From the NCBI GenBank assembly GCA_030429765.1, contig JAUIER010000007.1, forward strand, positions 4,372 to 68,371: a DNA stretch of 64,000 nucleotides, in the 5' to 3' direction. Position numbers and translations under genes: made by a program. Positions 57,823 through 64,000 of the stretch are shown piece by piece; position 1 is the first letter of the stretch, and every line of letters starts with the position of its first letter. Source of the DNA: a bacterium (GTDB lineage: Bacteria; Omnitrophota; Gorgyraeia; Zapsychrales; Zapsychraceae). The notes beneath the pieces were generated by a model. That model was not told the DNA's origin and did no database searches. It was given only the letters and a program-made list of their open reading frames with translations.

Positions 57823-58371
57823 TTACAGAAACGGCAGGTACTTGCGGATGGAATCGACGGTATGGGCCAACTGCGGATGTTCCAGCCCGATTCGAGTCCC
57901 CATTAATTTGAGGATGACACAAAAATCCTGAAGGCCCGACTCGACCGCCTTCTTATGGCCTACGACATCGACTAACTGATGGATCGATTCGTAGGCCAGA
58001 TCAACACTGGATTCATTGGCCGCTAACTGACTGAGATAATCGAGGATCTTTTCAAATTCATCATGGTAAAGCCAGACGCCCCGACAGTTTTGACAGATAT
58101 CGATAAATACATTGGAATGATCATACTCAATGGAGTGCATCTCAGTCTGGCATGCTGGACACAGCACCCCCTCCGGCGTTTTTTCCTGTGGATCGAGTTC
58201 ATGATTAAACGGGTCGAAGTTGATCCAACTTAAATCCGCATCCGCGGAGTCTTTGGCCTTTTTCAGTTCATCACGCGCGAACCACTGACCGTGACAATGC
58301 GGGCACTGATCCACCTGCACGCCGAAAAATTCGTGCGGACTCAATTGTGTCTGACAATCGGGACAGTACAT
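57823..58371 (-). CDS. Double zf-TFIIB-type zinc-ribbon protein
   Basis: CPDC..DQCPHCHGQWF..EL repeated as CPAC..DICQNCRGVWL..EF. Confidence 0.85.
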   Translation of the reverse strand: MYCPDCQTQLSPHEFFGVQVDQCPHCHGQWFARDELKKAKDSADADLSWINFDPFNHELDPQEKTPEGVLCPACQTEMHSIEYDHSNVFIDICQNCRGVWLYHDEFEKILDYLSQLAANESSVDLAYESIHQLVDVVGHKKAVESGLQDFCVILKLMGTRIGLEHPQLAHTVDSIRKYLPFL

Positions 58372-58373
58372 CG

Positions 58374-58577
58374 TTATTTCCTCAATATGTAGATTTCAAG
58401 AATCAGATAGAGATACGTGACCAGAAAAATGATCCCGTACCACCACCAATCCAGATCCAGGATCCAGGACCAGGTCTTGGCCAGCAATAGAGCCAAACTG
58501 AACACACAGATCTTGAGCAGAGCGATATCCTGCCACTTCATCCGTCTGACGCGCTCATTCATCCAGTCTCCGATCAT
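58374..58577 (-). CDS. Small 2-TM membrane protein
   Basis: RBS AAGGAGG; paralog of 55535. Confidence 0.7.
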   Translation of the reverse strand: MIGDWMNERVRRMKWQDIALLKICVFSLALLLAKTWSWILDLDWWWYGIIFLVTYLYLILEIYILRK

Positions 58578-58592
58578 GATCGCCTCCTTGTA

Positions 58593-59765
58593 TTATTCCT
58601 CTTTGAGAATATCCGCACAACTTTCCGCCTGATCCTCTTGAAAACCGATTTCACCCGTGTGTTTGATAAACTTGATGCTTTCGATAATTTCATCCACGAC
58701 CGGACGATATTCCAGCTGCGCCCGCTGTGAAGCAAAGGTAAATTTGATACCGTGAATATCGTAGTGATCGATTAAGTAATAGTCCTCAATCGGCTGATCC
58801 GGATTTTCCAGTAGAAATCCCAAGACCTTAATCGAATCACGCCCGCAAAGTTCGATGCGCTCGACGCTGTAATTGTCCGCGTACCGGTACTGGGCATCCA
58901 GCGCCTCATGGCTGAATTCCGACAACAGCTTCAGCTCATGCGGACTCTCTGAAATTTCCAGCTCAACGGAAGGATGCTCAGATATCGTGATCATCAGGGT
59001 ACGGTGTCGTTTCTTGAGTTTCCATTCCGGACGGCAGGCAAATTCCATCCCGAGCAATTCACTGCTGCACATATGGTGGCTTTCACGTTCCACGCCCTGA
59101 AACAACTTTTCCTGCATGACATTCATCATCAGCTTGCGGTCATGATCATAATTTTCCTGTTTGATCAACACGCCGTCAGCATAGACTGACTTAATCTTTA
59201 AAACACCGTCCGGATAATATTCGCGCACATCCCCTTCAAGGACTCCATCTTGATAATTAAACTCCTCCCAGACGCTGCCATCCTCGTAGTACGTTCGTGC
59301 GACGCCTTGTTCACGGCCGTCTTTGTAATTGGCCTCCGCTGCCCAGGTTCCGTCGGGATAGTACACACGATGAACCCCGACTTCGCGTCCATCCTTGTAT
59401 TGTCCCTCGGCTTCGAGCGTTCCGTCGTTGTAGTACAAACGGTAGTATCCATCCTGCCTGTTGTTCTTATAATCCAGCTTCAGACGTAACGTGCCGTCCT
59501 CACAATAATCGCGGTAGGCGCCGTGCATCATCCCGTCTTCGTATTCGACTGACATCTTGAGGTTTCCATTGGGATGATACTCTCTGTAGAAGCCGTCATC
59601 ATTATCTTCAAAACAGTTGGTCTCAGAGAAGACCTCGCCGGATTCATAAAATTCCCGCCGGATCTCACCGCCGCCTTCCGCGTTTAGGGGACTACAGACA
59701 ACAAAAAAGAGGCCCGTAAACACAAAAAAGCCAACCAGGACTTTTCGAGTCAAGTTGAGTGACAT
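58593..59765 (-). CDS. Secreted MORN-2 repeat (YwqK-like) protein
   Basis: Signal peptide and repeated YYxDG..E..YKDG units. Confidence 0.85.
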   Translation of the reverse strand: MSLNLTRKVLVGFFVFTGLFFVVCSPLNAEGGGEIRREFYESGEVFSETNCFEDNDDGFYREYHPNGNLKMSVEYEDGMMHGAYRDYCEDGTLRLKLDYKNNRQDGYYRLYYNDGTLEAEGQYKDGREVGVHRVYYPDGTWAAEANYKDGREQGVARTYYEDGSVWEEFNYQDGVLEGDVREYYPDGVLKIKSVYADGVLIKQENYDHDRKLMMNVMQEKLFQGVERESHHMCSSELLGMEFACRPEWKLKKRHRTLMITISEHPSVELEISESPHELKLLSEFSHEALDAQYRYADNYSVERIELCGRDSIKVLGFLLENPDQPIEDYYLIDHYDIHGIKFTFASQRAQLEYRPVVDEIIESIKFIKHTGEIGFQEDQAESCADILKEE

Positions 59766-59946
59766 CTGCGATCACCTCCCTCACATCTCTAAACGGTTGA
59801 CTATGGCCACGCCTCGCTCAGGCGTGATCTATGTGATTATATATTTCAGACCTCTACTATTATTATAGATCCGCGTAGAATTTGAAAACATTCGGAATAG
59901 CAAGCAAAAAACTGCGGGGAATTACGTAGATATTGAAGCGTAGGGA

Positions 59947-60666
59947 TTACAGCTTGACCGTATAACTCATAACCAGACCGATCAATCCACCGAAGACACC
60001 TCCCCACACGACGAGCCAGCCCAGATGCTCACGGATCATCGTTTGAATGATATCCTTGACCATCACGGGTGTTAACTGCTCGAGGCGCTGATCGATGATC
60101 TCCTCGATCTTGCTGATGACCTCCTGACTGACATGCGACGGCAGGATATTGTCTTCCAACGCGGACAAAAAGGCCTGACTGTGGGTCATATCCAACAGCA
60201 GACGTTTGGTCTTCTTACGGAAGACCGGACGGATCGGCTCAAAGGCCGTCTTGGCACCGACGATTGAGAGCACATTACCGACCTTGGAATCCAGGGTGAT
60301 CTCGACAAAACGGTCAAACATTTCATTAAAATCAATCGCGTCGATCACCGGTTCAAAATTGATATGCGCGGCGGTGGATTCAGACTGACCTTTAAAAAAC
60401 ATGTCCACGTTTTCGTCGGTAAAAAATTCGCTCATCACCAGGTGTTTAATCCCGCCTTTAAATTCCTCAAATCGGTTGGGGACGACACCGGAACCATATA
60501 AAAACGGCACGCGCTCGAAAAGCATGTAAATGGCCAGCCAGTTGGTGATAGCCCCGGACAAGGCAAAGAATCCGACAGACAGGATCTGTTCTTGATACTG
60601 TGGCGAAAAATATCCACCCACAATAACCGCCGCGGCAACTATATTGGTAAGAAGGCTTTTATTCAT
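59947..60666 (-). CDS. DUF445 family membrane protein
   Basis: GAITNWLAIYMLFE..GSGV and HLGWLVVWGGVFGGLIG motifs. Confidence 0.85.
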   Translation of the reverse strand: MNKSLLTNIVAAAVIVGGYFSPQYQEQILSVGFFALSGAITNWLAIYMLFERVPFLYGSGVVPNRFEEFKGGIKHLVMSEFFTDENVDMFFKGQSESTAAHINFEPVIDAIDFNEMFDRFVEITLDSKVGNVLSIVGAKTAFEPIRPVFRKKTKRLLLDMTHSQAFLSALEDNILPSHVSQEVISKIEEIIDQRLEQLTPVMVKDIIQTMIREHLGWLVVWGGVFGGLIGLVMSYTVKL

Positions 60667-60744
60667 TGTCTCAATCTACCTCAAATAAAAACGGAAGTCC
60701 ACGATCAAATGACCACGGACTCCCGCTGTAAAGCATGTGACGGA

Positions 60745-61026
60745 TTAATCTTGCCGATCGGTGATCTCGACGAGATGGTAACCGAATTGCGTCCTGACCG
60801 GCCCGTGAACCTTTCCGACCTCTTCGTTGAAGACGACCTGATCAAATTCCGGCACCATTTGTCCCGGTGAAAATTCACCCAAGGCCCCTCCGCTCTTACC
60901 GGATGGGCATTTAGAATGCTGCTTGGCCGCCTCCGCAAAATCAGTACCGCCTTCGATTTCACCTTTGAGTTTGATGCATTCTTCTTCAGATTCGACGAGA
61001 ATATGCCGAGCGCTTGCTTTAGCCAT
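60745..61026 (-). CDS. ppiC: Parvulin peptidyl-prolyl isomerase
   Basis: ASARHILV, HSKCPSG..GG.LG.F, MVPEFD and TQFGYH motifs; ATG 61026. Confidence 0.93.
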   Translation of the reverse strand: MAKASARHILVESEEECIKLKGEIEGGTDFAEAAKQHSKCPSGKSGGALGEFSPGQMVPEFDQVVFNEEVGKVHGPVRTQFGYHLVEITDRQD

Positions 61027-61039
61027 GTCTGCTATCCTT

Positions 61040-61780
61040 TCATTTTTGTGTGTCGGTTTTTGTAAAAATTGTAATATGCTGAATCGGCAGGTCATACGAT
61101 GTCCTGACCCAAGTCAAGCCCACCGCCTCCATCTCTTTACGGATCTGTGCGACAGTCATTTTGTGAAGACGTTTGACCATATTGTTGGGATCCTCACCCT
61201 CATACTCCACCAAGACGACTCGTCCGCCGGGTTTTAAAGCCCGCACAATGGATTCCATCATCTCGCGCGGATGTGAAAACTCATGATACGCATCGACCAT
61301 AAACGCGATGTCGACGCTACGCGCCGGCAGACCTGTATTTTCAATATCACCTTTGTGAATCTCGACATTCGAAAGCGACAGCTGACGCTTCCGGTCGTGC
61401 AGATAGCCGATCATTTTATCATCGATCTCCACGGCAATCATCCGCCCCTTCGGGATCAAAGGCGCAATGCGGAAGGTAAAATATCCCGAGCCCGCGCCGA
61501 TATCCGCCACGACATCATCAGATTTCAGCTGAAGCTCACGAATCAAGACCTCGGGTTTTTCGGTCTCATTGCGATCTTGCCGCTCAAGCCAGGCAATGGC
61601 TCCGTGACCGTTGACCAGATCGGAAATCTCACGTCCCATGTAGAATTTGCCGATCCCATCTTCCGACGCAGCTCCATAACTGTAATACGCTGGACCGGCA
61701 TCCATCCGCGTCTGGACCAATAACATGATTCCCACGCCGATAATCAACCCGAACAGCAGAACAATTAAACGTCGATTCAT
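61040..61780 (-). CDS. Class I SAM methyltransferase with an N-terminal anchor
   Basis: ADIGAGSGYF and VDAYHEF..LKPGG motifs. Confidence 0.9.
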   Translation of the reverse strand: MNRRLIVLLFGLIIGVGIMLLVQTRMDAGPAYYSYGAASEDGIGKFYMGREISDLVNGHGAIAWLERQDRNETEKPEVLIRELQLKSDDVVADIGAGSGYFTFRIAPLIPKGRMIAVEIDDKMIGYLHDRKRQLSLSNVEIHKGDIENTGLPARSVDIAFMVDAYHEFSHPREMMESIVRALKPGGRVVLVEYEGEDPNNMVKRLHKMTVAQIRKEMEAVGLTWVRTSYDLPIQHITIFTKTDTQK

Positions 61781-61794
61781 ATGTCAATCTTCGC

Positions 61795-62175
61795 CTATTT
61801 CGATTCCAACGCCGCAATCGCTGTCGCTTCATCAGGATAGATTTTAAAAGATTCCGTCAGCTTGTGAATATCGATCAGCTGAAGGATAAGGTCCGGCAAA
61901 TTGATAAACGCGATCCGGTGAAATAAATCCTTACCCTCTTCCATACGCATCAGAAAATTAGCGACCGTCGCACTGTCCACATCCGTGACGTACTGATAAT
62001 CGACCAGTATCGAGAGATGTTTGCGCTCATCGATGTTGTGCAGACGGATCAGTTCGTCGATCATCTTCTGAGACTGCGGCAGTGTTTGCGCATTGATCGC
62101 CCCGAATACCTGGACGATAATTAAATCGCCCCGCTCTTTGGCGATAAAACTTGGCGGTCTGATTTCTTCAGTCAT
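61795..62175 (-). CDS. STAS-domain (anti-sigma antagonist-like) protein
   Basis: G.IN...VD..VT.VDS motif and C-terminal IYPDEATAI. Confidence 0.75.
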   Translation of the reverse strand: MTEEIRPPSFIAKERGDLIIVQVFGAINAQTLPQSQKMIDELIRLHNIDERKHLSILVDYQYVTDVDSATVANFLMRMEEGKDLFHRIAFINLPDLILQLIDIHKLTESFKIYPDEATAIAALESK

Positions 62176-62179
62176 ATTG

Positions 62180-63025
62180 TTAATTCGGGTTTAGGCGCGA
62201 ACCGCAGAAGCGGCAAAAAATAGCGTCCGCCTCGTGCCCTTCGCGTGTGCATTCCGGACAGACCTCTGTGGTCTGTTTGCCATACATGGTCTTGTGAAGC
62301 TCGACGGAAAATATCCCGGTCGGCACCACAATAATCGCATAGCCCATGATCATGATCAGCGACGCCATGATCTGCCCCAGCACGGTCTGCGGCGCGATGT
62401 CGCCATATCCGACGGTGGTCATGGTCACAATGGCCCAATAAATACTGCGGGGGATACTGGTAAATCCATGTTCCTCCCCCTCGATCAGGTACATGACCGT
62501 TCCAGTGATAATCGTCATCGTCACCACAATCAGCAGGAAGACCATCATCTTGTTGAGCGACGCGCGCAGTGAGCGGCGCAGGACATTATATTCACTTAGC
62601 AGATGCCCGAGCTTAAGCACCCGGAACACACGCAGTAGCCGCAGAGCCCGAATCACCAGCAGGGACATCGCCCCTTCAAACAAAAACGCGCTTAGGTACG
62701 TCGGAATTATCGCGAGCAAATCAACAATACCCAAAAAACTGAGCGCGTAATTCATCGGACGCTTTACACAGTACAGACGCAGCACGTATTCCACGGTAAA
62801 AATAATCGTAAAGAACCACTCGAGGCCGATGAGAAAACCGCGATACTGCAGCGAGATCGACTGAACACTTTCGAGGATGACAGCGAGCACACTGATGACG
62901 ATCGCGGACAGTAATCCAATATCAAACGCCTTACCCGCGGGCGTCTCGGCCTCGAAGATTATGTCAAATAGACGCGAGCGGAGCGGTTCGGGATGTTTGT
63001 CGATCTGTGTGGATTTGGCGGACAT
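62180..63025 (-). CDS. Voltage-gated-type potassium channel (ion transporter)
   Basis: S4 segment RALRLLRVFRVLK, selectivity filter TTVGYGD, C-terminal CxxC..CxxC. Confidence 0.92.
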   Translation of the reverse strand: MSAKSTQIDKHPEPLRSRLFDIIFEAETPAGKAFDIGLLSAIVISVLAVILESVQSISLQYRGFLIGLEWFFTIIFTVEYVLRLYCVKRPMNYALSFLGIVDLLAIIPTYLSAFLFEGAMSLLVIRALRLLRVFRVLKLGHLLSEYNVLRRSLRASLNKMMVFLLIVVTMTIITGTVMYLIEGEEHGFTSIPRSIYWAIVTMTTVGYGDIAPQTVLGQIMASLIMIMGYAIIVVPTGIFSVELHKTMYGKQTTEVCPECTREGHEADAIFCRFCGSRLNPN

Positions 63026-63029
63026 AGGC

Positions 63030-63446
63030 TTACGGCTTGAGCGCGATCACCATGATCACCGCGATAGCCAGGATCGTCATGATCAACGCGATCATCCGCC
63101 CTGCCCCTGGCCGGGGCTTGGCCGGTGCTGTCGGCGCCGTACGGACAGTTGGCCCCTTCGCGTACTGTGATAAATCCGAATTTCCGGTAAAGGAGTTCCT
63201 GGACTTGGCGTCGTCGAGGAATTGTTCAATGATCTTTTTGGCCCGCGGCGCATCTTCCGGGTGCAACAAAACCGTCCGCCGGCTTTTGGCCCAGTGCTTC
63301 TCCATCTGAAAGTGCGGATGCACCGGCTGGGCGGCCCGCTCTTCAAGTTTCACCCGGCAGTGCTTATCCGTCAAAATCCTGACAAGTCGTTCAGCCAAAT
63401 GATCATCCAGTTCCAGATAATATTTTTCCCATTTTTTTGTATTCAT
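63030..63446 (-). CDS. Hypothetical protein with a C-terminal TM helix
   Basis: Fits the operon; hydrophobic C-terminus. Confidence 0.55.
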   Translation of the reverse strand: MNTKKWEKYYLELDDHLAERLVRILTDKHCRVKLEERAAQPVHPHFQMEKHWAKSRRTVLLHPEDAPRAKKIIEQFLDDAKSRNSFTGNSDLSQYAKGPTVRTAPTAPAKPRPGAGRMIALIMTILAIAVIMVIALKP

Positions 63447-63462
63447 AAATTCAACCTACATC

Positions 63463-63801
63463 CTAAAAATTTGTGAAATGCTTGATCTCTTTGACCCGAC
63501 GCTGATCGTCAAACAGCAGGATGATATTTCTCCAGGCCCGATACTCCCAGCGTTTACCAAAATTCATGTACGGCTCGCCCCAGCTGGCAACGACCTGATC
63601 CATCGTCATCCCAACAATGACCGTACCCGCTTCAATGGCTTCATTAATCTCCTCATCCGGCACGGAATTATATTTGAGAAACCGCATTCGGGATTCCTTA
63701 TCAGGCTGCGCGAAGGGTTTGAGTTTTTTGGCAGCACATCCACCCAGCGCCAAGGCGCTCATACATACAAGAACACCAATTACGGCATAACTACGTCTCA
63801 T
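63463..63801 (-). CDS. Lipoprotein (SmpA/BamE-like motif)
   Basis: LGGC lipobox and GMTMDQV..SWGEP..WEY motif. Confidence 0.7.
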   Translation of the reverse strand: MRRSYAVIGVLVCMSALALGGCAAKKLKPFAQPDKESRMRFLKYNSVPDEEINEAIEAGTVIVGMTMDQVVASWGEPYMNFGKRWEYRAWRNIILLFDDQRRVKEIKHFTNF

Positions 63802-63802
63802 A

Positions 63803-64000
63803 CTACTCCTTTTTTAGTAAATTACCGACGGCGGAGCGCACGGCATCACTGGTTAATCCTTTTTCCGACGCAATCGCCATGGCCTGTTCGGCCGAAACAT
63901 TCTGATGCCGATTCAGATACAAACCCCAAAGGCCTGCCACCCGATTGCCCGACCCGCAATGCAGGATCGCCGGCCGATTGTCCTTGTCCTCAAGTATCTT
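63803..64000 (-). CDS. PTP-like/DUF442 phosphatase or sulfurtransferase, 3' part
   Basis: Manual translation ..PAILHCGSGNRVAGLW.. (HCxxGxR) ending at TAG 63803. Confidence 0.75.
   Translation of the reverse strand, partial: KILEDKDNRPAILHCGSGNRVAGLWGLYLNRHQNVSAEQAMAIASEKGLTSDAVRSAVGNLLKKE

Noticed and set aside
58593-59765. YwqK antitoxin of a toxin-antitoxin pair
   Set aside because: It is a secreted MORN-repeat protein with no adjacent toxin gene.
1-64000. tRNA, rRNA, CRISPR array or prophage
   Set aside because: None was recognised by eye. A tRNAscan/Rfam run would be needed to exclude small RNAs.

Overview
Bacterial chromosomal window in standard code 11. Gene content and style suggest a PVC-superphylum organism such as Ca. 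Omnitrophota (inference only). Bases ~0.3-43 kb are almost all + strand and form one large exopolysaccharide/PEP-CTERM exosortase locus. It has about 12 glycosyltransferases, Wzx, a Wza-like exporter, a split Wzc (co-polymerase plus tyrosine kinase), an ExeA-like ATPase, glycan-modifying enzymes, exosortase plus EpsI, PEP-CTERM substrates and two epimerases. It also carries a complete sigma-54 circuit: an in-locus rpoN, two consensus -24/-12 promoters with enhancer-like palindromes, a GAF histidine kinase, an NtrC-type activator and a PocR-GAF sensor. The most unusual features are (i) a priming phosphoglycosyl transferase with an internal PEP-CTERM sorting signal, (ii) a Wzy/O-antigen-ligase protein fused to a ~590-aa beta-helix domain, and (iii) a tiny lipoprotein that also ends in PEP-CTERM. 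A RAYT transposase bounded by a perfect 30-bp inverted repeat sits next to rpoN. A 28-bp dif-like XerCD site at 44012-44039 lies where coding orientation flips, so this is probably the replication terminus. Bases 44-64 kb are mostly - strand housekeeping or accessory genes: an Xdh-type molybdoenzyme with XdhC/MocA, nadC, PPIases, a K+ channel and an amber-interrupted tag gene. All calls come from motif recognition by eye; no database searches were run.
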